A stretch of 64,000 nt of DNA from the NCBI GenBank assembly GCA_951406725.2, contig OX597820.1:29512001-29576000 (forward strand). The letters are read 5' to 3'. The notes below the pieces were generated by a model. The model had not been told where the DNA came from. It was given only the letters and a program-made list of their open reading frames with translations, and searched no databases. The DNA is from Octopus vulgaris. Its lineage: Eukaryota. Position numbers and translations under genes: made by a program. Below are positions 40,142 to 53,293 of the stretch, piece after piece. Position 1 is the stretch's first letter. Each line of letters opens with the position of its first letter.

Positions 40142-40410
40142 AAAACTATTACATGCTACTTTGGTTAGGAAGGATGTTGTCTTGAGGTTTGCAGACAAGT
40201 CTCCTCAAATTTCAAGAATCTTTCTTCAGGTTCTTGCAGAATACAGGATGTCTCAATTCCCATATTCTTCAGTCTCCTGGGTAGCAGTTTGGGTGTTGTA
40301 CTAAATGCATCAATTACTACAAGAATAGATAATGTCTTCTATAATCTCTTCATATCTCTGGCTTCGTCCTGACCTCATCATTTCTATAACATTCTTGTCC
40401 AAAAAGTTTT
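40083..40410 (-). mobile_element. Decayed R4/Dong-like RLE LINE 3' end with (TAA)n tail
   Basis: The minus strand gives fragments like LSILVVIDAFSTTPKLLPRRLKNMGIET...KILEI*, followed by a long (TAA)n run at 40083-40137. Confidence 0.55.
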
Positions 40411-40495
40411 GCAGCATTTGAGATGGTTTGATGATAGAGTTTGTAATTTGCTGTTTTTCCCTCTTTTCAGCTTGATAGGTTTATCATCATCATCA

Positions 40496-40533
<38 letters not shown>

Positions 40534-40534
<1 letters not shown>

Positions 40535-40750
40535 GGTGGCAAGCTGGTAGAATCGTTAGCACACTGGACGAAATGCTTAGCAGTATTCTGCCTATTGCTA
40601 TGTTCTGAGTTCAAATTCCACCGTGATCAACTTTGCCTTTCATCCTTTTGGGGTCGATGAAATAAGTACCAGTTACACACTGGGGTTGATGTAATCAACT
40701 AGCCCTCCTCACCCCAAAATTTCAGGCCTTGTGCCTATAGTAGAAAGGGC
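40534..40750 (+). mobile_element. tRNA-derived SINE with Nin-domain-like core, family B (representative copy)
   Basis: ggtggcaagctggtagaatcgttagc head, gagttcaaattcc B-box and core gcctttcatccttttggggtcgatgaaataagtaccag, flanked by (ATT)n. Copies at ~37-182, ~12320-12510, ~13518-13730(-), ~27221-27435, ~42545-42735, ~43676-43912(-) and ~63285-63465. Confidence 0.75.
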
Positions 40751-41921
40751 TATTATTGTTATACTCTGAGTTGATGAAGAAAAATCAAACCAAATAAATA
40801 TAGCAGTTAATTAATGAATTAGGTAAATTAGATAAATGCCATTTTTTAGATTTTAGATATTTATGAATGCCACTTTGCTTTGAGACAGAGACTCAGTAAT
40901 AGATTTGGAATCATGAGTCTGGCACTTGCTGAGTGACTCCGTTAACAATGACACTGGTGCCAGTCAATCACATGATCTCAAATTAGTTGTGTAAATAATA
41001 TTTTTACTAGTTTTATAAATAATTTTTACTGTTATATTTTTTGTTAGAAGATCATTAGTATGTTACTTAAGAATACATGCAAGATAGACTAAAATAAAAT
41101 AATAAATGTGCCCTTTTAAAGCCTAGCCAAGCTCATGGGCCCAGTTTTCTGGTTTCAATGGCATATGTATTCCCCAGCTGGACGGGACGCCAGTCCATAG
41201 CAGCATTACTCATTTTTGCCAGCTGAGTGGACTGGAGCAATGTGAAAATGAAGTGTTTTGCTCAAGAACACAACGCGTCGCCCGGTCCAGGAATCGAAAC
41301 CACAATCTTACGATCATGATGCTGACACCCTAACCACTAAGCTACATGCCTCCACAAGATAGACTAAACCCTATATAAATTTATTACATGTTATATAAAC
41401 TAATGTCCCATCAAGCAAGGTGCATGTCACCATTTCAACTTCATTTTTATGGTGAGATGCCACATGATCACATGACCAACCAGGCTATCAGATGTCATTA
41501 CACACCACTGGTCAGAATGTTTTGCATCATCTTAGCATTCGAATAATGACACCCTGCTGGCTAGGCAAGCAGGTCAACATTCTATCCTGATCAAAAGGAG
41601 ACTGGAACAATGAAATGTTTTGCTCAATGTGCCGCCCAGTCTGGAAATCAAACCCACAATCCATTAATGATGAGTGTGATGGCCTAGCCTCTGGGCCATG
41701 CACCTTCACATGGTGAGATATATACCTTAAAAAATATTACATTATGCGTAGGCTAATGTCCTATCTAGCAAGGTGCTTGTCACCACCTCAACTTGATTTT
41801 TTCAGTGGGATATATACCTCTCACTTTCCAAGGGTGATCTGGAGTGTGAGTTTGTGTTTTTTGTAAAGTTTTTTGTGTTGGGGGAGAGACTAATGTTAGC
41901 GTGGTTTGTTTTGCATTTCAG

Positions 41922-41981
41922 GTGAAAGAGGGCACACTGCTGAATGACGTCGGCTCCTCCATGAGCGGTTTTGCTTTCAAG
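41922..41981 (+). CDS. ARFGAP1: ArfGAP1 internal exon, 60 nt, phase 0-0, VKEGTLLNDVGSSMSGFAFK (N-terminal half of the ALPS2-type helix)
   Basis: Acceptor ttttgcatttcag|GTG and donor AAG|gtatgt, with a branch-like actaat at ~41889. The peptide matches human ArfGAP1 VKEGKIFDDVSSGVSQLASK (recalled) at 10/20 positions. Confidence 0.9.
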
Positions 41982-42162
41982 GTATGTCCAGCCACCCTCC
42001 TCACTCCCTGTAAATAAAAGTACACATGCACACACACACATGCACATACACATGCACATTCATGCACACACACATGCACGCTCACGTGCTTATACACACT
42101 TGTACACACATACACAAAGTCTCTATTTTGATTTTGATTTGTGTTTTTATGTTTTTTTAATA

Positions 42163-42483
42163 TTTTTACCTCCACCTTACCGAAGGCAGAGGTATTGTTT
42201 TTCAGTTGTGTTTGTTTGTTTGTCCATGGACAAGATTCATGACTGGCATGTACTGATTAGATTTTGAGATGAATTCAGTACCGGACAAGGATTCTGGATT
42301 ATTTTTCCTGTTTTTTTACTTAATTTTTGAGAGCAGTCAGGTTCATTTTTAGTATTCTCACTTGTGAGAGCAGCAGTTGAGTTTATTTCAGATACTCTCA
42401 TTCTAAAAATCATCTCTGGCTAATCATTGAAAGAACGTTGGTGTTGCCTTGGTGGTGATTTGTGCTCTCTGAGTGCTCTTGTT
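42163..42483 (+). mobile_element. Helentron/DINE-1-like (HINE) non-autonomous element
   Basis: 5' tttttacctccaccttaccgaaggcagaggta sub-terminal inverted repeat, then (gttt)n microsatellite. The 3' end has a cttggtggtg partial inverted repeat and a gtgctctctgagtgc hairpin before a T-rich flank. Confidence 0.65.
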
Positions 42484-44129
42484 GTTAATAATTTGTTTCT
42501 ATTCTAACATTACAGATAAGGTATTGAACTGAGGAATCTTTAACACTTCAGACAAAATGCTTCATAACATTTCTTCTGGCTCTCAACATTTTCATTCCAA
42601 ATTCTGCTGAGTTCAACCTTGCCTTTCATCCTTTTGGGGGTCAATAAAATAGGCATCAGTTGAGCACTGGGGTCAGTGTAATCGACCAAACTCCTCCTAC
42701 TAAAAGTGCTGTCCTTGCCAAAATTTGGAGCCATCATTATGGCAGCAATCTAGCAGGATCCTAGTATGTCAAACAAAATGTTTGGGGACATTTTTTCCAA
42801 TTCACATTACTTTTCATTTTCCTGAGGTTCATTAGAATCATCCCCTAAATCTGAGATCTTGTGTCTGTGTTATAAATCATTATTACATTGTAAGAAATCC
42901 TTACTTTGTTTTAATGTCAGAAAAATTATTACTTTTATTACAAGGAGTAGGAGAGAAACAGATTGAGTGTCTAGTTTCATCTATCCCCACTCCACTATAT
43001 TCTCAAGTATATATATATATTGACATTGACACAAGGCTAGCAATTTTGTGTATGTGTGTGTGTATGTATGTTGTGTTTTGGGAAAGATCAAAGATAAAAA
43101 ATTGTCATGTTTCTATAAATTTCTAAATTTCAATTTGAAAATTGGTACAAATTTGTAAATTTCACAAATTGAAACAAATTTTGATATAAATTTTTCAAAT
43201 TTGTACCAGTTTGAAAAATTTACAAAATTCTTTTACACTCTGAATTCACCTTGCTGGAGTCTATAAGATAAATACCAGTTATATACTGGAGTCAATCTAA
43301 TGACTGTTCCCTCTAAAAATATATGGGCTTGTAAATAAGGTAAAGGAGCACTCTGTTGGTTGCAACGACGAGGGTCCCAGCTGATATGATCAACGGAACA
43401 GCTTGCTTGTGAAATTAACGTGTAAGTGGCTGAGCACTCCATATTCACGTGTACCCTTAACGTAGTTCTCGGGGAGATTCAGTGTGACACTGGCCCTTTG
43501 AAATACAGGTACTACTCATTTTAGCCAGCTGAGTGGACTGGAGCAACGTGAAATAAAGTGTCTTGCTCAAGGACACAATGCGCCGCAGGAAATTGAACTC
43601 ACAACCTTACAATCATGAGCCAAATGCCCCAAACCACTAAGCCACTGTAACAAGAAACCTATATTATTTCATGTTATTAATATTGGTTTCAAATTTTGAC
43701 ACAAAGCCAGCAATTTTTTTTTTTCAGCAGGAGTGGCGAGGAAGTTGATTACATCAACCCGAGTACTAAACTGGTACTTATTTTATCAACCCCCTGAAAG
43801 GATGAAAGACAAACTTGACTTCAGTGGAATTTGAACTCAGAACATAAAGACAGACAAAATGTCGCTAAGCATTTTGCCAGGCAAGCTAACAGTTCAGCCA
43901 GCTCACTGCCTTATCTGTTATTAATATCACCGAAGTTGACTTTGCCTTTCATCATTTTGGGGTCAGTAAAATAAGTACCTGTTGAACACTTGGGTTGATG
44001 TGATCAATTTTCCCCCACTCCTGAAATTGCTGGGTTTCTGCCAAAATTTGACACCAATATTAATGTTGATTTGTTGTCTATCTATGTTTGTTATGCATGC
44101 CTAATTTATATACAATCTGTGTCTTTCAG

Positions 44130-44278
44130 TTGTCGTCAGCTAGCGCTAAAGGCTGGCAGGGTTTGTCTTCATCACTTTGGGGTGGAGAACCAAAAACAAC
44201 TCTTGCTACTGCTGACACCAGCCCCGGAGAAAAAACGTCGCTCCTGGGTGGAGGAAATGGATCGCCAACAAAGGGAAG
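44130..44278 (+). CDS. ARFGAP1: ArfGAP1 penultimate exon, 149 nt, phase 0-2, LSSASAKGWQGLSSSLWGGEPKTTLATADTSPGEKTSLLGGGNGSPTKG(R)
   Basis: Acceptor gtgtctttcag|TTG and donor GAAG|gtaagt. SAKGWQGLSSSLW corresponds to human GSKGWRDVTTFF (recalled). Splice phases fit both neighbouring exons. Confidence 0.9.
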
Positions 44279-45373
44279 GTAAGTCAGCTTTTTATCTTTT
44301 GTTTGTTTTAGTCATTGGACTGTGGTCATACTGGACACCACCTTGAAGGGGTTAGTGGAAGAAATTAACCCCAGTACTTATTGTTTTGAGATCTGGTACT
44401 TATTGTATCGATCTCTTTTGCCAAATTGTTTAAATGTAGGAACATAAACAAACCAATACCAGTTGTCAAGTGGTGTGGTGTGCAACAACAAAAACATAAA
44501 TACACAATAAGCTTTTATGTGGTTTCCATCTACCAAATTCACTCAAGGCATTGGTCAGCCTTGGACTGTAGTAGAAGACACTTGCTCAAGGTTCCTTGCA
44601 GTGGGACTTAACCTGAAACCACATGGCTGCTGAACAAGCTTTCTTAACCACATAACCTTGCCTGTGCCTAATGGCCAGCAACAAACTGGCCTCCGTGCCG
44701 GTGGCACATAAAAAGCACCATTCGAGCGTAATCTTTACCTGCATCGCCTTACTGGCACGTGAAAAACATTCGAGTGAGGTCGTTGCCAGTGCCACTGGAC
44801 TGGCTCCTGTGCAGGTGGCACATAAAAAGCACCGTTTGAGTGTGGCCGTTGCCAATACCCCCTGACTGGCCCTTGTGCCGGTGGCACATAAAAGCACCCA
44901 CTACACTCTCTGAGTGGTTGGCATTAGGAAAGGTATCTAGCTGAAGAAGCTCTGCCAGATCAGATTGGAGTCTGGTGCAACCATCTTGTTTGCCAGACCT
45001 CAGTCAAATCGTCCAACCCATACTAGCATGGAAAGCAGACGTTAAATGATGATGATGAGGATGAATGTTTGTAGTAGTCTATGTTAAAAAAAAAAAACTA
45101 AATTAAAAATTTTAGTTTTAAATGATTCTACAGCAATATTTGCCCATAACTGTATTTGAATATACTGCAACTTTGTTATTCTCGAATGCAAATTATCTTC
45201 CTTGTAAATGCAGTTTGAAATGACCATTTAGTTGTGTGGAATATGTATTCACCCCCTCCCTGCTCTATCTCTCTCTCTTTATCACACCTCCATTCAGTCA
45301 AGAGAGCTTTTTTGTTTAGCAAGTTACTTAGTGATCTCAGTTGAGGAAGTGCCACAAAAAATGGCACTTAGTA

Positions 45374-45416
<43 letters not shown>

Positions 45417-45421
<5 letters not shown>

Positions 45422-45790
45422 GTGGCACATAAAAAGCACCATCCGAACGTGGCCGATGCCAGCGCCGCCCTGACTGGCTCCTGTGCCGGTGGCACATAAA
45501 AAGACCATCCGAACGTTGCCAGCGCTGCCTTGGCTGGCTTCCGTGCCGCTGGCACGTTAAAAACTCCATCCAATCGTGACCGATGCCGGACCCCCCCTGG
45601 CACCTGTGCAGGTGGCACGTAAAAAGCACCCACTACACTCGCGGAGTGGTGGGCGTTAGGAAGGGCATCCAGCCGTAGAAACTCTGCCAGATCAGACTGG
45701 AGCCTGGAGCAGCCCCTAGCTTCCCAGACCCCGGTCGAACCGTCCAACCCGTGCTAGCGCGGAAAACGGACGTTAAACAATGATGATGAT
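45417..45790 (+). mobile_element. Retroposon 3' part with internal ggcacRtaaaaagcacc repeats and (GAT)n tail, family D (representative copy)
   Basis: ggcgttaggaagggcatccagc...ccaacccRtgctagc...cgttaaac(gat)n, resembling an RTE-type 3' tail. Copies at ~21110-21378(-), ~23807-24185(-), ~26692-27220, ~27458-27810(-), ~30160-30412, ~44670-45060, ~57500-57868 and ~62303-62470. Confidence 0.8.
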
Positions 45791-46504
45791 ATATATATAT
45801 AAAGTATTTGGTATTTGGAAGGGCAACCAACTGTAGAAACTATGCCAAAGCATAGATATTAGCCATTAGAACTTGATGCAGTCTTCTGGTTTGTCATATC
45901 CCGTCGACCTGTCCAACCCTTGATAACATGGTGGATGGGTGTTGAACAATTATGTTGCCAATTAATGATGACAGTGACAATAGTGATTCCTTAAAAAATG
46001 TGACAGAACTGACAAACATTGAAGCACTTTCAATTCTAATAAATCTTTGCAAATAAAACATAGCTGTAGGAAATATATTTATCTGTATAATTATGGCATT
46101 AAAATGCCCTCTCAGAGAATGTACAAATCTAAATATAAATATAAGTTAATGTTCTAATAAAACAAATTTAATGTAGGTAACTAGAGTGTTACTGTGCCAA
46201 ACTAAATGCTTCATGCCATTCTGTTTTGTTTCTCCAGATTCTGAGTTCAAATCCCACCAGTGTCAAATTTACTTTCTTTCTTTCAAGGGTTGATAAAATA
46301 AATAGCAGTAATATACTGCTGCTACAGTAATCAACTACATTCTTAACTGTAAACAAAATGGTCTTATGTCTAAATTAGTAACTAATATTCAGCCAGATTT
46401 AACTCTGCTAAGGATGTCATTGCCACCACCAATGACAGAATATCAACCATCTGTCTTATCCTGCAGGTTGTCTGTCATTCTAGTAACTGACTTACTTAGC
46501 TTAA

Positions 46505-46722
46505 CCCTTTAGCATTCAGATTACTTCATCAAATGATATGTTTATTTATTCACATTGTTTTGAATTCAGCATGTAATATCTTGTACCTTCACGATTTCAA
46601 ATGACGTGATTATTTCCTTTTGGAATGACATTGTAAGGTAAGTTTGAAAGGCCAGATGTGGCTGATTTGAACTTAAGATAGAATATTTTAGGCCAGATAT
46701 GGCCAGTTTAAATGCTAAAAGG
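46505..46722. mobile_element. piggyBac-type MITE, family 2
   Basis: TTAA-ccctttagcatt ... aatgctaaaagg-TTAA. Related copies lie at ~36365-36585, ~54818-55017, ~57335-57915, ~61843-62008 and ~62664-63253. Confidence 0.75.
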
Positions 46723-47853
46723 TTAAACCTTCCTTCCCTGTGGAGCATAACCCATGAACAGCTTGTCTCCTTTGTTCTCAACTCTGGGTTGTCTTTCTTC
46801 TCCTAAGTCCTCTTGGTTTTAAATTGTCATTGTTGTTTCTATAACTTTGCTTTTTGTTATTCCAGGTAGGAATATTGGCCCCTACACAAAACCATTTTTA
46901 ACTCTGAGAAAATAAGGTCCATATTAGTCTGGCATTTATTCTTTGACTTGTCCAGCATGGGAGGCCCTATCAGGAGCTTGTACTCTGCTGGTATTAACTC
47001 TCAGAGGCAATGAATCTCACAAGCCACCACACCACTGCAACTACTGGATGCTGCGGTGGATTCTAGTGATTTGGCTTTGTCTAACTCTAACCATTCACAG
47101 TTGTCTACTTAGTCACTGTCTTGCTAGATATCTTACTTTTTATCTGTCTGGGTAAAACATCCTGCCATTAAATTACAATCTCAGTTGGAAGCCTGAACAA
47201 AAAAGATGTAATTTAATATTTTTCTAAACATATTTTATTGTAAAAGGATTGAGATGTCTGGCATTTTGCTATACTCAAGAAAACCCATCCATCCGCCACA
47301 GCAGAATTAATACCAGTGTTAGAGCCACATAAAAAGCACTGGTATTGGTGCCATGTAAAAAGCACCCAGCACATTCTGTAAAGTGGTTGGCATTAGGAAG
47401 GGCATCCAGCTGTAGAATCCATGCTAGTACAGGTGGAGCCTTGCATAGTTCTCAGGGAGATTCGGCATGACACAGGATGTGACAAGACTAGCCCTTTGAA
47501 GTACATGTCCAACTCATTTTTGCCAACTGAGTGGACTGGAGCAACATGAAATAAAGTGTCTTGCTCAAGGACACAGTGTGCATCTAGGAATCGAACTCAT
47601 GACCTTACAATTGTGAGCCAAATACCCTAGCCACAAAGCCATGTGCCCTCGCAAAGTTAAATCATAATTATTGCATGTATACTGTATTTTCCTGGTATTA
47701 CCCCTGATGGCAAAAGTCTACTTAAAGTTAGCCATCATATGACTGGTTAAACTCATAGAATTATAATGTCTAATATCAATTATAAAAAGAAATTCATGCA
47801 TATACAAGGGAAATGATAATTTCTAATATTTTTTTTTATTTTCTATTTTCTAG

Positions 47854-48526
47854 AGATCCCAGCAAGAACCGGTTGTTGTCAGATGATGAAGATTCTTGGG
47901 GAAGCTGGGGCGCTGGAGACTGGCATCCCGGAGAAAGCAATGTTAGCAGCAATAGTGGCAGCACAAAGGCCCAAAGCCCTCTAACGGACATTTCACAAGA
48001 CAACCCTGCAGCTAATGCTGCTGCAAAAAAGAATGAGATGAATGAGCTGGAGAAATGGCTGAACGCTGGCCAGCTGGATAATGACAGCCCGAAAACAAGG
48101 GCCAGTAATACGCCGTCCAAGAAGTCAGATTTTATTTCCGATTGGGACGATTGGCAAATGGGTGGCTCAAAGGGCTCTGCCTCACCTGCTTCGTCTACCA
48201 AGTCAGCTTCCACTATAGAAAGCCCAGCTTTGAGTAGCAAGAAGAAGACAACCCCGTTGACAAAACCACAGCAAAATAAGATCCCCAAAAACCCCACTGC
48301 TTCTGCTGCTGCAGTCCCAGGCTGTTACGAGGCCTCCGACTGGAATAATGAATTCAGTGTCAAACAGAATGAACCACTCGTTGGTAATCTGGTGGACCTT
48401 GGTTCCGAGACAAGCACGGCTCAGGACAATTTTGGCTGGGACAATGAGGTGTGGGCTCAGGATAGTGATGATGAATGGCAATCTCTTGAGACCAATAGTA
48501 CTCCAAGTCGATCAAGAATTAAGTGA
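47854..48526 (+). CDS. ARFGAP1: ArfGAP1 terminal coding exon (223 aa plus TGA): disordered tail with Trp/acidic coat-binding motifs
   Basis: Acceptor ttttctattttctag|A completes the AG|A Arg codon from the previous exon. This is the only long, non-repetitive ORF in the window (track ORF 47813..48526). It carries DSWGSW, SDWDDW, DWNNEF, GWDNEVW and DEWQSL motifs like the ArfGAP1 C-terminus. Confidence 0.9.
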
Positions 48527-48973
48527 ATGGAACGGTTAATAGTTAACTCGTATAATGTGAATGACATGGGAAAGAAAGATTTAAGTTTCCTGTTGTTGAT
48601 GTTGTTGTTCTTGTTGTTGTTCTTCTTCTTTATTTTTCTTCCTTCCCCCTTTTCCTTCTCCCCATCCCTTCTCCTTCCGTCCCTCCTTCTCCCTCTCTCC
48701 CTTGATTAAATAAGTCTAACATAATGGCAGAAATACAGCCACCACCAACAAACACATTCCCACTAACACTATCATATAATCACCACCACACTTTACACAC
48801 ACACACACACACACACTTCTTCAACATACATATAGGCATGCACATTCATGCATCTACACACACACACACACACTCCTACCTCAACACATACATTTGTAAA
48901 TCGACACACACATTCATACATCTACACAACTACATACATACATACTTTAGTAGCATTTTTGTTCAGAATATTT

Positions 48974-48979
48974 AATAAA
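48974..48979 (+). promoter_or_regulatory. First AATAAA downstream of the ArfGAP1 stop codon (candidate polyadenylation signal)
   Basis: AATAAA about 450 nt after the TGA. Further AATAAA hexamers occur downstream (e.g. ~53025 and ~53188), so the 3' UTR end is undetermined. Confidence 0.3.
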
Positions 48980-49034
48980 CATACTAAACTCTAGAATAAT
49001 TTGGATGCTATAAAACTGTGGAGATACACACTCA

Positions 49035-49102
<68 letters not shown>

Positions 49103-51285
49103 AGGCAGACATTAAACAGTGATGATGATGATGATATATACATACATTGGGATGCAGATAATTATTTATACAAATTTGCATTTGTGTATGTAACTGTCTG
49201 AAGTTCTAGGTGCATTTGTTCTGTGTATGTATAGGTATCATGTGTGAGAGTGGAGATAAGTATATTTGTGTATATGTGTGTACACATACACACACACATA
49301 CACGGGTATGCACACACATACTTACACACACACAGAATGAGGGAGAGAGGGGAGGTACTCCAGCATGACAGTCCCTGTAAAGGCTAAAACAAACTCTGCA
49401 GGATATCATATTTTCTGGCATACAAGTTGAATTTTTCAGAATAAAAGTTACAGCCAAAAAAAGCTGTGGGTCAACTTATGTACCAAGATGAGTTTGGAGG
49501 ACCAAAAATTCCATGTGAAATGCAACAAGATTTGGAACAACAGTGACTATGTTTGAATGTGTTAACACTATATACTACTACATGTGATGGCACGTAGCTT
49601 AGCAGTTAGGCTCACGGTCATAAGTTCATGAGTTTGAAAACTGGTGGCGCTGAGTATCCTTCAACAGGACACTTTATTTTATGTTGATCCAGGCCACTCA
49701 GCTGCCAAAAATCAGTTGAGCAAGTAATTCAAAGGACCAGGGGCCAGTCTTGTCACATTCTGTGTCACGCTGAATCTCCCTGAGAACTACGTTAAGGGTG
49801 CACATGTCTATGGAGTGCTCTGCTACTTGCACATCAGTTTCACAAGCAGGCTGTTCCCTTGTTCAAATCAACTGGAACCCTCGTCATCATAACCAATTGA
49901 GTGCCAGTCCAATATACTACATCAACTTCTGTGCCAGAAAATATGGTATTCTACGTCATAAAGGTTCAATATTGTTTCATAAAAGTCACTACTCTAGTTT
50001 CATATCAACTGGCTGTCTTCAGATGGAACTAAGATATGTTTTAATAAAAAGAAAAATGAATTTATTCTTGACAGTGCTGTGAATTGGTTTGTCTCTTCAA
50101 CTTCCATTGCCATTGTGTCTCTTGAGACTAGGCCTGTGTTTGTTTCTATCTTGTAGAATTTGTTGGGTTAAATGTTGAATTGAAAATACTTCTTCACACC
50201 ATCTAAGGGCTATCACCCAACCAGCTGATATGAGACTCTCTGTGTGTGTAATTATATATGTATATATATATTCTTTTTTCTTTTATTCTTATATTTATTT
50301 CAATCATTTTACTGTGGCCATGCTGGAGCACCACATTGAAGTGTTTTTGTCGAACAATTTGACACCAAGACTTATTTTTTTAAAGTCCTAGTAATGATTC
50401 TATTGGTCTCTTTACCAAACTGCTAAGTTACAGAGACGTAAACATACCAGCACCAGTTGTCAAGCAATGATGGGGGACTAACACAGACACAAAGACACAC
50501 ACGGACATATGATTGATTGATTCTAGTTTCAGCTCATGAGCTGTGGCCATGCTGGGGCACCGCCATTTATATATATATATACAACAGGCTTCTTTCAGTT
50601 TCCATCTACCAAATCCACTCACAAAGTTTTGGTCGGTGCGAGGCTATAATAGAAGACACATGCCCAAAGTGCCATGCAGTGGGACTGAACCCAGAAATAT
50701 ATATATATGATAATCAGCTGCAGCAGAAGTTACAGAATGGCTCAAGGGTCAAGAGTCTAATGTATCGGCACTTATCAAACTGGTTTCAGTTTCATAAGTA
50801 TACCAATGCACAAAACTTCCAGCCCTTGAATTACTCTGTATGTAACTTCTGCCAGTTATTAATGATATATATGTAAAAGCATTTCATGTTATACTTAGAA
50901 TACACACACACACACACATTTATACATACGTATATTTATATATGTATACATATACAAACACATGTGTATATGTGTGTGTGTGTTTTGAATTTATGAATGA
51001 GATAATGTTTTCAATTCATAATCTGAAGTTTATACCTATGACAATCTACTCAGAATTCTGAGTAATGAGGGAAAGGAACCTTTAGCTTAAAGCATAAATA
51101 TAAATATGTGTATGTGGTGATGATGATGATTGAAATATATACAGATAAAAAATATATCATCATCATCGTTATACGTCTGCATTCCATGCTAGGATGGGTT
51201 GGATGATTTGACTGAGGACTGGCGAACCAGATATTGATAGATAGATAACTGGATATCTCTAAACACACATATATATATATATGTT

Positions 51286-51338
<53 letters not shown>

Positions 51339-52377
51339 ATAATAATAATCAGGCAATAATTTAGTAGCTCTGCATCAGCAAGACTTCAAAAAAATCTAGA
51401 AAAAAAGTGAAAGGGGTTGTGAACTTGCTGTGAGGAGTGGAATATCCAACGTTTCAGATTCAATCCTTTGTCGGGGGGGCAGAGAGAAAGAAAAGGAAAA
51501 GAAAACTACCCCTTTCACTTTTTTTCTATATACCAACACACACACACACACACATTATATTTATAATAGAATAATGAAGGCGAGGTGTACCATTCAGAAT
51601 TTTCCTTTCTCTCTTTCTCACTCTACCTCCCTGCTCTGCCACCCCACTCTGCCCCCTTCTTCCTATCAACAACAACTCTTTAACAACAATACCAACAACA
51701 ACATCTTCCAATAGATTTACAAAATATTTAATTCAATACATCAGAACATTTCAGGGGAAGAGGGGTGTTGTTGTTGTTGGGTGTTTTTAGTAATTTTTTT
51801 TTTTCTTAATTTTAAATGTTCTATTTTTTATTTCCCCCTAAAGACCATTTCCTGTGACTTGAATCAACCAATTTTCGTTTTTGACTTCTCGGCAGTATTA
51901 CCATGAAAATGTATATAACACTTACACGATCACCCATCCACCCCAACCCCTGTTGACAAATGTGGTGACAATAATAATGATGATGACGATGGTGATGATG
52001 ATGTTGATGATGATGATGGTAATAATAACGATGATGACGATGATAGTGGTGATGATAGCTAATTATATAATTGTAAAATTATATAATAAAATTGATAATA
52101 ATTATACAATAAAAATAATTTGCTCAAATAATTTTATAGGCTTAGAGAAAGCTAGAAGAAATTACTTCAGTGTGTGTGTAGATATATGTATGTATATGTT
52201 GATATGTATGTATCTGTAGATATGCATGTATATATACATAGATATGTATGTATTTGTGGATATATTTATATGTAGATATATATATATATGCATGTATGTA
52301 TATATATATATATGTAGGCATGTGTGTGTATAAATATATGTATGTATTATATATATACATGTGTGTGTATGTGTGTG

Positions 52378-52409
<32 letters not shown>

Positions 52410-52433
52410 TATTTATATATGGGTGTGTGTATG

Positions 52434-52470
<37 letters not shown>

Positions 52471-53223
52471 TAAATGTTGGTGATGATAAACCAGGTATAT
52501 TATGCATTATCTACTGCTGGGTGGCCAACAATCAGTTTAGTTTCATTTGATGCAGTGATGATGATACTTATGATGATGATGATGATTTTCTTTTTTTTTT
52601 TCTTACTTATTAGTTCAAAGAGGTTATTGCCTATAATCAATTGAATCAACCTTAATATGTAACCAGTACTTCTTCATCAACCAGCCTCCCTCAACCTTCC
52701 TCTCCTTCAACCTGATCATTATTGTCCAAGAAAGCAGCACCTTCATGTTACAGTAGTGTTACTTCCATCAGATATTAATGCAGCATTGCTGCTAGTTCCA
52801 CAGTATTGACCATTCCTTTATTATGATCATAACTAATTAAAGTGTTATTTAGGATTTTTGTCGTCCTTCTCCGCCACCATTCCCCTCCATCCTTCCCGTC
52901 CATCCTCCCATCTCCGAATAATCCCCAGGTTTAGAATACACAAATGTTACTGTCCATTCATAACAACAGCAACACCACCATAATAAAATAATATAGCTGA
53001 TTCGTTTAAAACTACCAATATGTTAATAAAGGGTAATTAGTTATTTGTTGTCTGAAAAAGAAACATTCTGACCTCATGGAAACATTACTTGCTCATTATT
53101 TCATTTCAAAGTTATGTATATGTATGTTCTCTCTTGAAAGTTTATAAATTCTTATGATGTCAACGACATACAATTCTCCCTGGTATGAATAAAGTTTCTA
53201 AACTGGATAGAAAAATTCAAAGA

Positions 53224-53293
53224 ATTGGTTTGGTCCAATGGTAGGACATCTGTCATGTTTGCAGGAGATGTGGTTTCAAGTCCGATGGGCAGT
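53224..53293 (+). pseudogene. Degenerate tRNA-like sequence enclosed by a short inverted repeat
   Basis: D-arm GTCC-aatggta-GGAC, anticodon-like arm TCTGT-catgttt-GCAGG and B-box-like ggtttcaagtcc. The acceptor stem pairs poorly. Confidence 0.4.

Noticed and set aside
47836-48481. Minus-strand ORFs of 153 and 92 aa
   Set aside because: They are antisense shadows of the ArfGAP1 terminal exon.
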